A DNA stretch of 64,000 nucleotides from Ohtaekwangia sp. (GTDB lineage: Bacteria > Bacteroidota > Bacteroidia > Cytophagales > Cyclobacteriaceae): NCBI RefSeq assembly GCF_036786105.1, contig NZ_DAIQRQ010000002.1:16624-80623 (forward strand), written 5' to 3'. Position numbers and translations under genes: made by a program. Below the pieces are notes generated by a model. That model had not been told where the DNA came from. It made no database searches and saw nothing but the letters and a program-made list of their open reading frames with translations. Positions 10,128 to 20,051 of the stretch are shown piece after piece. Each line of letters starts with the position of its first letter. Within the stretch, counting starts at the first letter, position 1.

Positions 10128-10943
10128 ATGATTGAACAGATTAACGAAGCAGCAGCTTATATTAAAAGTAAAGGTATTGATGAACCTGAGATCGGAGTGG
10201 TGCTGGGCACGGGCCTTGGCAATCTCTTCGTTAAACAAATACACGATACTGTTGTGATTGATTATCATAACATCCCTCACTTTCCGGTTTCCACAGTAGA
10301 GTTTCATAAAGGCAGGTTGGTCTATGGAAAGATACAGGGCAGGAATGTGCTGGCTATGCAAGGTCGCTTTCATTACTATGAAGGATATACCATGCAGCAG
10401 ATAACATTTCCCGTCAGGGTAATGAAGAAGCTTGGTGTAAAGCACTTGCTGCTCTCTAACGCGGCAGGTAACATGAACCTTCATTGGAAGAAGGGCGAGC
10501 TGATGTTGCTGGACGATCACATCCACTTTCAACCGGATAATCCGCTGCGAGGTATAAACGATGAAACATTAGGTCCGCGTTTTCCGGATATGAGCCAGCC
10601 ATATTCACCACACCTCAATGCGCTGCTGATTAGTATAGCGAAGCAGAAGGATATCAAACTTAATATAGGGGTATATGTAAGCGTGATGGGACCAAACCTG
10701 GAAACACGAAGTGAATATCGTTTTCTGAGAAGGATGGGAGCAGATGCTGTTGGAATGAGCACTGTGCCGGAAGTTATCGTTGCGAATCACATGGGGTTGC
10801 CGTGCTGCGCAGTTTCTGTACTGACCGATGATTGCGATCCCGATAACCTGAAGCCTGTTGCGCTCGCTGATATAATTGCTATTGCCAGCCAGGCAGAAGG
10901 TAAATTAACTGACCTGTACGTGGAGCTGATCGGGCGACTTTAA
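10128..10943 (+). CDS. purine nucleoside phosphorylase (PNP/MTAP family)
   Basis: 271 aa with motifs VLGTGLG, MQGRFHYYEG and AVGMSTVPE. Confidence 0.9.
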   Translation: MIEQINEAAAYIKSKGIDEPEIGVVLGTGLGNLFVKQIHDTVVIDYHNIPHFPVSTVEFHKGRLVYGKIQGRNVLAMQGRFHYYEGYTMQQITFPVRVMKKLGVKHLLLSNAAGNMNLHWKKGELMLLDDHIHFQPDNPLRGINDETLGPRFPDMSQPYSPHLNALLISIAKQKDIKLNIGVYVSVMGPNLETRSEYRFLRRMGADAVGMSTVPEVIVANHMGLPCCAVSVLTDDCDPDNLKPVALADIIAIASQAEGKLTDLYVELIGRL

Positions 10944-10967
10944 AAACCGGATTTCTTTTTAAAAAGA

Positions 10968-10992
10968 AACCCCGAAGCATGGCTCCGGGGTT
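10968..10992. terminator. stem-loop between convergent genes (bidirectional terminator candidate)
   Basis: AACCCCGAAGC-atg-GCTCCGGGGTT forms 10 bp with one mismatch. On the minus strand it is followed by TTCTTTTT. Confidence 0.6.
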
Positions 10993-11015
10993 CTATAGAT
11001 AATATTTGTAAAGTC

Positions 11016-11768
11016 TTATGCCGTTGCTGCAGATGATTCTTCGAATTTCTGAGACATTCTAAGCGTAACAGTTTTCTTGGCTTTGTATCCGCAATAGCCA
11101 CACTGGAAGTGCTTCAGCAGTTCGCCTTCTTCTGTGTTTGAAGGAGCTTTGAGAACTTCTTCGCGCACTACCTTGAAGGTTTGGTAATTACATTCAGGGC
11201 ATTGTAAAGCATGGAGGTGACCAGAGTAACGCTCAATCTTTACATAGCCGGTTTCTTCATCTTTCCACACATCGTAGTCGATAGAGAAAACATTTTCTTC
11301 TGCTTGCATACCTTCATCCAGGTAAGCATCTTCTTCATCTTCGCTCAGAAGCTTCATAGCCTTTCCGGTTTTTGGAGAAATGCGTGGCTTATAGCGCAAT
11401 ACTTTAAGACGTTTCTCGATGAAGAACGGGTAATAGAATTTCAAAAGATTTTGAATGATCAATGCCACGATCAAGCCCATGGCAAACGTTGTAAATACGC
11501 GTACAAAGATCCAGAGCGGACTGAGCTCAACGATGTTGGCGTTTGCATAAAAGCAGCAGCCGATCACTAAAATGACAGACGAAATCCAAAGGGTCTTAAT
11601 CTCACTGCGGTTGATGTAATCATACTTCGTCTTGGCATCACTCATCGTTGCGAGCCGCACAACATGATACAAAGCAATCAGGATGGCAATTGCCCAGGCA
11701 GCAAAAGCAACGTTTTTAGCCATCGTATTCCAGGCGTCATACTGATGTGGATCTACTATCTCTTCCAT
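11016..11768 (-). CDS. hypothetical membrane protein with C-terminal zinc-ribbon (CPEC...CGYC)
   Basis: 250 aa with three hydrophobic helices in the N-terminal half, an acidic linker and two CxxC pairs 29 residues apart. Confidence 0.7.
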   Translation of the reverse strand: MEEIVDPHQYDAWNTMAKNVAFAAWAIAILIALYHVVRLATMSDAKTKYDYINRSEIKTLWISSVILVIGCCFYANANIVELSPLWIFVRVFTTFAMGLIVALIIQNLLKFYYPFFIEKRLKVLRYKPRISPKTGKAMKLLSEDEEDAYLDEGMQAEENVFSIDYDVWKDEETGYVKIERYSGHLHALQCPECNYQTFKVVREEVLKAPSNTEEGELLKHFQCGYCGYKAKKTVTLRMSQKFEESSAATA

Positions 11769-11919
11769 GGTTACAGGTTGGTTATTAATATTCCTATTAG
11801 CAAATATAGAGTCCTGATTTTATTTAACCTAACATCGCAGGTGCGCAGCCCACCGAAATTATTTCTAATTAACACTGTTTTCATGAATTTGTCAAAGCGA
11901 TTGCAATATAGACGCTGTG

Positions 11920-12681
11920 TTACACACAACGGTTCACAAAAAACTTAACGAGGTTAACTGTTTCACTTGGTTGTTCGAACATTCCCATGTGCGCCACTTG
12001 TGTTAGCAGGTGCAGATCAGGTTGCTTGCAAACTTGAGCTTGCTCTTCAATACTGGCTCCGGGAATACCCTGATCCTTCGTTCCGCCAATCAATAGAACC
12101 GGCTTATTAAATTGTTCTAAAACATTAACGCATTCCGGGCGATCACGCATCGCTGCCGTATATCCGACTACGGCTTCTTCAGTAGATTGCATGGCTATTT
12201 CACGCACTATGACAATCGCAGGATGATGAGGATCAGCAAAAAGTTGCTGAGTAAAATTGGAAGTAAAGGCTAATACCCCATTCTTTTTTACAAACTCAAT
12301 AGTTTTTGTACGTGATTCTTTTTTTTCAGCAGAATCCGCATAGGCTGTAGAATGAAACAGTCCTATACCGGCAAGCTTCTCTTCAGCTTTTGCTGCCATC
12401 GCCAATGTAACATAGCCTCCCAGCGAATGGCCGATTACCACCGGGTTTATAATTTTCTGCTCATCGATCCATAGTAACATTTGAGCAGCGACATCGCTTA
12501 TTGAAAAAGGCACTGGTAAAATGGCACTCTTGCCAAAGCCCGGAAGATCGGGAGTAAATACCTCAAAATTGGTTGATAGTTGTGAAGCAAAGCTCTCCCA
12601 TACTGTGCTATTCATTGGGAAACCATGTAAAAGTATAACAGGGCGACCGGAGCCGCGCGTAGTAAAAGCGATCGTTGACAT
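11920..12681 (-). CDS. alpha/beta hydrolase
   Basis: 253 aa with HGFP oxyanion motif, nucleophile elbow GHSLGG and C-terminal AHM. The start codon overlaps the dxs stop (TAATG). Confidence 0.85.
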   Translation of the reverse strand: MSTIAFTTRGSGRPVILLHGFPMNSTVWESFASQLSTNFEVFTPDLPGFGKSAILPVPFSISDVAAQMLLWIDEQKIINPVVIGHSLGGYVTLAMAAKAEEKLAGIGLFHSTAYADSAEKKESRTKTIEFVKKNGVLAFTSNFTQQLFADPHHPAIVIVREIAMQSTEEAVVGYTAAMRDRPECVNVLEQFNKPVLLIGGTKDQGIPGASIEEQAQVCKQPDLHLLTQVAHMGMFEQPSETVNLVKFFVNRCV

Positions 12682-14600
12682 TACTTTGTTACAAGCTCTA
12701 GCATTTCTACAACAGCACGCTCAATACCTTCCACATCAAAACCGCATTCATGATGAAGTTCATGTTGCTCACCATGCTCTACAATTCTGTCGGGGATACC
12801 AAGCCTTTTTACTTCTGCATGAAGATTATGGTCGGCCATAAATTCAAGCACAGCACTTCCAAAGCCTCCCTGCAAACAACCATCCTCCACAGTAATGATC
12901 TTTTTATATTGACTGAACACTTCATGCAGCAGCTTTTCGTCCAGCGGCTTCACAAAGCGCATATCGTAATGACCTACTAAAATAGAATGCCGGGCCAGGC
13001 GATCGCATGCTTCCACAGCATAGTTACCAATGTGACCAATGGTAAGTATAGCCAGGTCGTTTCCTTTTCGCAGTCGTCTTCCAGTGCCAATCTTGATCTC
13101 CTCCATAGGCGTTCTCCATTCCGGCATAACACCTTGCCCGCGCGGATATCGAATAGAGAACGCCTGCTCTTTTCGTGGAAGCTGTGCAGTATACATCAGG
13201 TTGCGCAACTCGGCCTCATTCATCGGTGATGAAATAATGATGTTAGGCAGGCAGCGGAAGTAGGCAATATCATAAGCACCGTGGTGCGTTGGTCCGTCTG
13301 CTCCGGCAAATCCTGCACGATCGAGGCAGAAGTTTACCGGCAAATTCTGAATACATACATCGTGCACTACCTGGTCGAAAGCACGCTGCATGAACGAACT
13401 ATATATATTACAAAAAGGTATTAACCCCTGTGTAGCAAGACCGGCAGAGAATGTTACAGCATGTTGTTCCGCTATACCTACATCGAACGCGCGGTCAGGC
13501 ATTTCTTTCATCATAATATTCATCGATGAGCCGGAAGGCATTGCCGGCGTAATACCAATGATTTTGTCATTGGTTTTGGCAAGCTCTACCAAGGTATGAC
13601 CAAATACATCCTGATACTTGGGTGACTGTGGCTTGTCGTATACTTTTTTGAATATCTCTCCGGTAATCTTATCGAAAGTGCCCGGAGCATGCCATGTAGT
13701 AGCATTGCCTTTTTCAGCAGGACCATAGCCTTTACCTTTCACCGTTACACAATGGAGAATCTTGGGGCCTTTTATATTTTTGAGGTCGTTGAAAATAGTA
13801 ACGAGGTGATTAACATCGTGTCCATCAACAGGACCGAAGTAGCGAAGGTTAAGTGATTCGAACAGGTTGCTCTGGCTTAGCAATGTTGACTTGATACCAT
13901 TCTCGACTTTCGATACAATTTCCTGCGCGCTCTTTCCAAAGTTGGAGAGCTTGCCTAACAAATTCCAGACTTCATCCTTCAGTTTGTTATAGGTGCGCGA
14001 TGTTGTGATGTCGGTAAGGTAATCTTTCAAGGCGCCAACATTCGGATCGATCGACATACAGTTGTCGTTGAGAATGATCAGAATGTTAGAGTCAGAAACA
14101 CCTGCATGATTCAATCCTTCAAATGCCATTCCACCCGTTAGTGCGCCATCACCAATCACAGCAATATGCTGCTTGTCTTCCTGGCCCAGGTACTTCGATG
14201 CAACGGCCATTCCCAACGCTGCTGATACTGATGTAGAAGAGTGCCCTACGCCAAAAGCATCATACTCACTTTCTTTTCTTTTTGGAAAACCAGAGAGTCC
14301 GTTGTAAACACGGTTTGTATAAAAGTTATCCCTTCTGCCGGTAAGGATTTTATGACCGTATGCCTGATGCCCAACGTCCCACACCAGTTGATCGTAAGGA
14401 GTTTTGAAAACGTAATGAAGTGCTACCGTTAATTCCACCACACCGAGGCTCGCACCGAAGTGACCTCCATATACCGAGACATTGTCGATGATGAAATGAC
14501 GAAGCTCATCGCAAAGCTGAACCAGTTGGGCCTGGTCAAGCTTCTTGAGATCATCAGGCGAGTTTATTTCTGCCAAGAGTTTTCCCGGTGTAATCAGCAT
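12681..14600 (-). CDS. dxs: 1-deoxy-D-xylulose-5-phosphate synthase
   Basis: 639 aa with the TPP-binding motif GDGALTGGMAFEGLN, the transketolase-like pyrimidine domain and the Dxs N-terminal signature HFGASLGVVELT. Confidence 0.95.
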   Translation of the reverse strand: MLITPGKLLAEINSPDDLKKLDQAQLVQLCDELRHFIIDNVSVYGGHFGASLGVVELTVALHYVFKTPYDQLVWDVGHQAYGHKILTGRRDNFYTNRVYNGLSGFPKRKESEYDAFGVGHSSTSVSAALGMAVASKYLGQEDKQHIAVIGDGALTGGMAFEGLNHAGVSDSNILIILNDNCMSIDPNVGALKDYLTDITTSRTYNKLKDEVWNLLGKLSNFGKSAQEIVSKVENGIKSTLLSQSNLFESLNLRYFGPVDGHDVNHLVTIFNDLKNIKGPKILHCVTVKGKGYGPAEKGNATTWHAPGTFDKITGEIFKKVYDKPQSPKYQDVFGHTLVELAKTNDKIIGITPAMPSGSSMNIMMKEMPDRAFDVGIAEQHAVTFSAGLATQGLIPFCNIYSSFMQRAFDQVVHDVCIQNLPVNFCLDRAGFAGADGPTHHGAYDIAYFRCLPNIIISSPMNEAELRNLMYTAQLPRKEQAFSIRYPRGQGVMPEWRTPMEEIKIGTGRRLRKGNDLAILTIGHIGNYAVEACDRLARHSILVGHYDMRFVKPLDEKLLHEVFSQYKKIITVEDGCLQGGFGSAVLEFMADHNLHAEVKRLGIPDRIVEHGEQHELHHECGFDVEGIERAVVEMLELVTK

Positions 14601-14772
14601 GGGTTTCTGAGATTAGTGCGCTCAAATAACAATAATTGAAGGTAAGAGTTTTACCCCATCGCTCCTAACACACCCTTAAACGAGATAAATGACCTGAAAA
14701 AGAGGGTTTTGGAGAAAAATCAAGCTACAAAATTAGTATTTCTTTTCAATCAGCTTTTTGCCGGATTATAAA

Positions 14773-14780
14773 TAAATTTG
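14773..14780 (+). promoter_or_regulatory. candidate -7 box TAAATTTG upstream of scpA
   Basis: TAnnTTTG match 17 nt before the ATG at 14798. The nearest TTG is only 12 nt upstream, which is suboptimal spacing. Confidence 0.3.
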
Positions 14781-14797
14781 CCCCCTCACTTCGCCTT

Positions 14798-15583
14798 ATG
14801 TCACAGGAAAATTTTGAAGTAAAGCTGCCATTGTTCGAAGGTCCGTTCGATCTTCTGTTGTTCTTCATTGAACGCGATGAACTGGATATTTATGATATTC
14901 CGATCGCCACGATTACGAACGATTTCCTGGCGTACATTCAACAGATGGAGCAACTCAATATAGAAGTAGCAAGTGAGTTTATCCTGGTAGCAGCAACACT
15001 TATGCGCATCAAGTCAAAAATGTTGCTGCCACGTCCGCAGCTTGATGAGCAAGGCAATGAAATCGACCCTCGCGAAGAACTGGTGCGCCACCTGCTCGAA
15101 TACAAAAAGTATAAATCTGTAGTAGATGTCTTCCACAAAATGGAAGAGACAGAGCTCACCAAAGAGAAGCGCGGTAACCTGATGAAGGAGTTGAAATCAC
15201 TGGCCGAGAGCACTAACGTGGAAGCAGAACTACAAGACATCACTGTATTCAAACTGATGCAAGTGTTTGAGAAAGTGATCAAGCGCTTTGAAGCAGAAAA
15301 GAATAAACCTGTTCACCAGGTTATTCAATATCCATATACCGTAGAAGGACAGAAGCAATACCTCGTGGATGAGGTCACCAAAAAACAACGTGTATCATTC
15401 ACCGAGCTGTTAGAATCATTTCCATCGCGCATCGGATTGATCTTTAACTTCCTCGCCATCCTGGAAATGCTTGCATTGCAAATACTCACGATACAGGTAG
15501 GCGAAGGCTTCAACAACTTCTGGATATCAAAATCAGAAGCTACACCATCGGCAGCAACTCCCGCACAAGTAGACAACGCGTAG
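14798..15583 (+). CDS. scpA: segregation and condensation protein A
   Basis: 261 aa with the N-terminal signature FEGPFDLLLFFIERDELDIYDIPIA, typical of ScpA kleisins. Confidence 0.9.
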   Translation: MSQENFEVKLPLFEGPFDLLLFFIERDELDIYDIPIATITNDFLAYIQQMEQLNIEVASEFILVAATLMRIKSKMLLPRPQLDEQGNEIDPREELVRHLLEYKKYKSVVDVFHKMEETELTKEKRGNLMKELKSLAESTNVEAELQDITVFKLMQVFEKVIKRFEAEKNKPVHQVIQYPYTVEGQKQYLVDEVTKKQRVSFTELLESFPSRIGLIFNFLAILEMLALQILTIQVGEGFNNFWISKSEATPSAATPAQVDNA

Positions 15584-15746
15584 TCAGAGGGCTTCAGGCT
15601 ACTGGCTGCTAGTTGCTGGGCTTGTGCATTCGCTGTATATCTCTTATTTCTTATCGATGTTAATCTGTTCCTGACAGCTATATCGGAATGTGGGGAAAAT
15701 ATATCTTTACTCACACCTCTAGCGGCCAGTAGCCAGAGGCCGGTTG

Positions 15747-16697
15747 CTACCGGATTCCAAACAAAGCAAACGCCCTTGCCAGCTCTACATTACCTCCGGA
15801 GATAATTACTCCTACCTTCTTGCCATTAAATTTTTCCTTCGACTTCAGTATAGCCGCAAAGGGAACAGCACCGGAAGGCTCTACAATTACTTTCAGATTT
15901 TCCCATAGCAGTCGCATCGATTCAGCTATCTCCTGATCGCTTACCGTGATTACTTCTTTTACATGTTCGCTAATGATCGGGAAAGTTTTATCTCCCAATG
16001 CCGTGAGCAATCCATCGGCAATTGAATTGGATTGTGATGATTCAATCTTTCCACTTTGTAGAGAGCGATAGGCATCATCCGCACCTTCGGGTTCTCCGGC
16101 TATAACTATTGTATGGGGAGAAAAATATTTTGTTGCCAGTGCTGTGCCGCTCAATAGACCACCGCCGCCTACCGGAGGTACAATAATATCCAGCGAAGGT
16201 ATATCTTCAAACAGCTCTTTTGCGGCAGTGCCCTGACCGGTAATAACAGCATCGTTATTAAAAGGATGAACGACACTCGCACCTGTTTTGGCAACTACTT
16301 GCTGTAAAGTTGTTTCACGCGATTCCAGTGTTGGCTCACATTCAAATATCTCTCCGCCAAAACTGACTACACCGCGCTTCTTTATTTCCGGTGCTGTGCG
16401 CGGCATAACGATATACGAACGAATGCCGGTAATTTTTGCAGCTCGTGCCAACGCTTGTGCATGATTGCCCGATGAGTGTGTGGCTACGCCCAAAGCCCGC
16501 ACGGCAGGTTCAAGCGATAGCACTGCGTTCATCGCGCCACGTGCTTTGAAGGCTCCTATCTTCTGCAAGTTCTCGCATTTGAAAAAAATGTTAGCGCCCG
16601 TTAAATCATCCATACTTTCAGAGGTCATTACCGGAGTATGGTATATATAGGGCTTGATGCGATCGTGTGCCTGTTCGATGTCTGCTTTTGTAATCAT
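15747..16697 (-). CDS. PLP-dependent threonine/serine dehydratase (serine racemase-like, fold type II)
   Basis: 316 aa with the PLP-lysine motif ENLQKIGAFKARGA and the glycine loop PPVGGGGLLSG. Confidence 0.85.
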   Translation of the reverse strand: MITKADIEQAHDRIKPYIYHTPVMTSESMDDLTGANIFFKCENLQKIGAFKARGAMNAVLSLEPAVRALGVATHSSGNHAQALARAAKITGIRSYIVMPRTAPEIKKRGVVSFGGEIFECEPTLESRETTLQQVVAKTGASVVHPFNNDAVITGQGTAAKELFEDIPSLDIIVPPVGGGGLLSGTALATKYFSPHTIVIAGEPEGADDAYRSLQSGKIESSQSNSIADGLLTALGDKTFPIISEHVKEVITVSDQEIAESMRLLWENLKVIVEPSGAVPFAAILKSKEKFNGKKVGVIISGGNVELARAFALFGIR

Positions 16698-16735
16698 GGG
16701 ATTGGGTTGGTATGTAATGGTATATTTAAAAAGAA

Positions 16736-16759
16736 GACCCCGACTGGCTGATCGGGGTC
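16736..16759 (-). terminator. rho-independent terminator after the DPP-IV gene
   Basis: GACCCCGA / TCGGGGTC stem. On the minus strand it is followed by TTCTTTTT. Confidence 0.65.
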
Positions 16760-16767
16760 AGGCTTGA

Positions 16768-18930
16768 CTATAAATTTTCCTGAATGTAATTCAACATCAT
16801 GGTATATAGATGGCATTTAGTTTTAGCACCCTGAATACTGTGATGTTTATCCGGATAATAGAACGACTCGAATTGTTTGCCCGCGTTGATCAGGGCGTCC
16901 TGCAGCACGACTGAATTTTGAAAGTGCACATTGTCATCCCCTGTGCCGTGGATCAACAGGAAATTGCCTTGTAATTTATCGGCATACGTTGTAGGTGAAT
17001 TATCGTCATACCCACCGGCATTTAATTGAGGTGTCTGAAGATAACGCTCGGTATAAATCGTGTCGTAAAATCTCCAGTTCGTAACGGGCGCCACTGCTAT
17101 ACCCATCTTGAATGCATCGCCTCCCTTGGTCATGGCCAGTGATGACATGTAGCCTCCATAGCTCCATCCCCATATACCGATGCGGCTGTCGTCTACATAT
17201 TCCAGCGTAGCGAGAAACTTTGCGCCGGCTATAAGATCTTCCAGCTCATATTTACCAAGCTGCTTGTACGTAACCTTCTTGAATTTTTCTCCGCGGGCTC
17301 CGGTGCCACGGGAATCTATCACGGCTACTATATACCCTTTCTGTACCAGCATCTGGTGAAAGAAGAAGTGCCCACCACCCCAGGTGTTGTTTACATTTTG
17401 TGATCCCGGTCCGCTGTATTGATACACTAACACCGGATATTGCTTACCTGCATCAAAGTTCTTTGGTTTTAACATATAGCCATCAAGGGGCGTACCATCG
17501 GCTGCTTTCAAAGAGAAAAATTCTTTCGCTACAAAACCGTAATCGTCCAGAATCCTGGCTAACTCATCGTTGCTTTCGAGTACTTTCAGCAGTGCATTGT
17601 CTTTTGTTTTATACAGACTTACAGCAGTAGGACGCGTAGCGGTGGTATAGTAGTCGATATAAAACTGGAAACCTGTGCTCATGTTGATGTTGTGTACACC
17701 CGCAGCCTGTGATAGCTTTACCTTCTTCTTGCCATCCAGTGAGATGGAGTAGAATTGTTTTTCGAGCGGAGAAACTTCTGTGGAAGTATAATAAACGGTT
17801 TTGTTTTTCTCATCGAGGCCAACAAACTGTGCTACCTCAAAGGAGCCGCTGGTGATCTGGTGTAATAAAGTTCCTTCTATTGAGTAAAGATAAAGGTGTT
17901 TGAAGCCATCGCGTTCAGAAGTATAAATGAACTGTTTGCCATCCGCCAGGTATAAGAGATCGTCTGTAAATTCCAGATCAATATAAGTGTTGCTCTTTTC
18001 GTTGAGTACAAGCGTAGCGGCTCCCGTGGAGGCATTGATGTGTAGTATATCAAGATTATTTTGAAGTCGGTTCAACCTGCGAACAGAAAGTGTATTGCCA
18101 TTAGCTGTCCACTTTACACGCGGTATATAGATATCTTTTTCGGTGCCAATGTCAGCTTTTACCTTTTGTTGAGAAGCCAGATCGTATATCCAGATTTCTA
18201 TGGTTGAATTTGCTTCACCCGCTTTTGGATATTTGAAGCGATAATCGGTAGGATATAATGTTTTGCCCCAGCGCTGCAAATTATATTCGCGCACAGCTGA
18301 TTCATCAAAGCGATAATACGCCAGCTTCTTATTATCAGGTGACCAGTAAAAACCATCTACAAAGCTAAACTCTTCTTCGTATACCCAATCGGTAGTGCCG
18401 TTAATAATGTGATTGAATTTTCCATCCGTTGTTACCTGCACCTCTTGCATGTCGCTTAAGGTAACATAGTAAAGATTGTTCTCTCGTACGAAAGCGACTT
18501 TACTGCCATCGGGCGAAAAAGCTGCATAAGATTGTTTGCCGTGCGCTGACAATTGCCTGACAGTTTTAGTAGTAAGATCGTATACAAAGTAATTGGCTGT
18601 GAACGACCGGCGGTATATATTTTCAAAGCTGGTTTGAAGCAAAAGTTTCTTTTCGTCTCCGCTGAACATGTAACCCTGGATATCAATCTGAGGCGATAAT
18701 GTTGAGCCATCCACCAGTATTTCAACGGGCTTACTCGTGGTAATGTCGTACTTTACAACTTTGTTGTTCTCCAGAGTTGAATAGAATTTGCCGTCCTTCA
18801 TCCAATTAATGCCGCGGACAGTTTTCTGCGGGAAGGTGTTTTTAGTAGTAAAATCTTCCACTGTAATTTGCTTCTGGGCAAATGCTGCTATGCTCGTAGC
18901 AAAAAAGACAGCGATTAGTAGTTTATTCAT
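16768..18930 (-). CDS. S9B family dipeptidyl-peptidase IV
   Basis: 720 aa with a signal peptide, an N-terminal beta-propeller region and a C-terminal catalytic domain carrying GWSYGGY (Ser), HGTGDDNV (Asp) and DKHHS (His). Confidence 0.9.
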   Translation of the reverse strand: MNKLLIAVFFATSIAAFAQKQITVEDFTTKNTFPQKTVRGINWMKDGKFYSTLENNKVVKYDITTSKPVEILVDGSTLSPQIDIQGYMFSGDEKKLLLQTSFENIYRRSFTANYFVYDLTTKTVRQLSAHGKQSYAAFSPDGSKVAFVRENNLYYVTLSDMQEVQVTTDGKFNHIINGTTDWVYEEEFSFVDGFYWSPDNKKLAYYRFDESAVREYNLQRWGKTLYPTDYRFKYPKAGEANSTIEIWIYDLASQQKVKADIGTEKDIYIPRVKWTANGNTLSVRRLNRLQNNLDILHINASTGAATLVLNEKSNTYIDLEFTDDLLYLADGKQFIYTSERDGFKHLYLYSIEGTLLHQITSGSFEVAQFVGLDEKNKTVYYTSTEVSPLEKQFYSISLDGKKKVKLSQAAGVHNINMSTGFQFYIDYYTTATRPTAVSLYKTKDNALLKVLESNDELARILDDYGFVAKEFFSLKAADGTPLDGYMLKPKNFDAGKQYPVLVYQYSGPGSQNVNNTWGGGHFFFHQMLVQKGYIVAVIDSRGTGARGEKFKKVTYKQLGKYELEDLIAGAKFLATLEYVDDSRIGIWGWSYGGYMSSLAMTKGGDAFKMGIAVAPVTNWRFYDTIYTERYLQTPQLNAGGYDDNSPTTYADKLQGNFLLIHGTGDDNVHFQNSVVLQDALINAGKQFESFYYPDKHHSIQGAKTKCHLYTMMLNYIQENL

Positions 18931-18996
18931 ATCAAGTTTAGGTTATCGATCCAAATTTTTAAGAATATTGTTGAATTATCAAATTGATTTATAAGA

Positions 18997-19977
18997 ATGG
19001 AGCTGTTTGATGTAATTATAGTCGGTGCCGGCCCTATTGGCCTGGCCTGCGGTATTGAAGCGCAAAAGGTGGGACTAAAGTATACTATTCTGGAGAAGGG
19101 TTGCCTCACCCATTCGCTATATAACTACCCACTGAACATGACATTCTTCTCTACTTCCGAGCGACTCGAAATAGGAGAGGTTCCATTCATATCGCATCAG
19201 CCTAAACCCAATCGATTTGAAGCACTTGAATACTACCGCAGAGTTTGCACTTCGTGGAAATTGGATTTAAAACTTTATGAAAAGGTAACGATGATCACTT
19301 CAACGGATGGTGTACATGATGTTACTACCGTAAAAAGCCAGTATAGATCGAAAGCTGTTATTCTGGCGTTGGGCTTCTATGACCTGCCATACCTGTTAAA
19401 CGTGCCCGGAGAAAATCTGCCGAAAGTGAAGCATTACTATGATGAACCGCATCCATACTTCGGGCAGAAGATCGTGGTGATCGGTGCTGCCAACTCGGCT
19501 GTAGATGTGGCGCTTGAAACATGGCGCAAGGGAGCGGAGGTTACAATGGTAATTCGTGAAGGCGGTATTCGCGATAGCGTAAAGTATTGGGTGAAGCCTG
19601 ATATAGAGAATCGCATTCAGGAAGGATCGATCAAAGCTTACTTTCATTCGGAGGTAATCAAAATTACGCCCGACACGGTGGAGATAAAAACCCCGGATGG
19701 CAACAAAACACTGGAGAATAACTTTGTGCTGGCGATGACGGGCTACCAGCCACCGTTTGAATTTATGGAAGCCTGCGGCATCCGTTTTCATAACGATGAG
19801 TTTCATACACCGGTATATAACGAGCATACGATGGAAACGAACGTTGCCGGTATATATCTGGCAGGTGTGGTATGCGGAGGACTAAAAACCAATAAGTGGT
19901 TTATTGAAAATTCGCGTGTACATGCAACCATGATTATAGAAGACCTCAATAGGAAATTCCAGCTAAGGTCAAAATAG
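18997..19977 (+). CDS. ypdA: YpdA-family FAD/NAD(P)-dependent disulfide reductase (putative bacillithiol disulfide reductase)
   Basis: 326 aa with two dinucleotide-binding motifs (VIIVGAGPIG and VVIGAANSAVD). The N-terminal region matches the YpdA family pattern. Confidence 0.75.
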   Translation: MELFDVIIVGAGPIGLACGIEAQKVGLKYTILEKGCLTHSLYNYPLNMTFFSTSERLEIGEVPFISHQPKPNRFEALEYYRRVCTSWKLDLKLYEKVTMITSTDGVHDVTTVKSQYRSKAVILALGFYDLPYLLNVPGENLPKVKHYYDEPHPYFGQKIVVIGAANSAVDVALETWRKGAEVTMVIREGGIRDSVKYWVKPDIENRIQEGSIKAYFHSEVIKITPDTVEIKTPDGNKTLENNFVLAMTGYQPPFEFMEACGIRFHNDEFHTPVYNEHTMETNVAGIYLAGVVCGGLKTNKWFIENSRVHATMIIEDLNRKFQLRSK

Positions 19978-19983
19978 AAAAAT

Positions 19984-20003
19984 GCTTCCCCCGGAAGGGA
20001 AGC
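19984..20003. terminator. stem-loop between convergent genes
   Basis: GCTTCCC-ccggaa-GGGAAGC. On the minus strand it is followed by ATTTTT. Confidence 0.55.
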
Positions 20004-20051
20004 ACCACCTGTAAAACCAACTATATACCAGTATTGGTAATTATCTTGACA

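Noticed and set aside
14607-14697. TPP-riboswitch-like words (CTGAGA ... ACCCTT ... GACCTGA) between dxs and scpA
   Set aside because: They are on the plus strand and so cannot lead the minus-strand dxs gene. They lack the P1/P2 pairing and the GGGGTGC element, overlap the dxs start region, and precede a gene (scpA) unrelated to thiamine.
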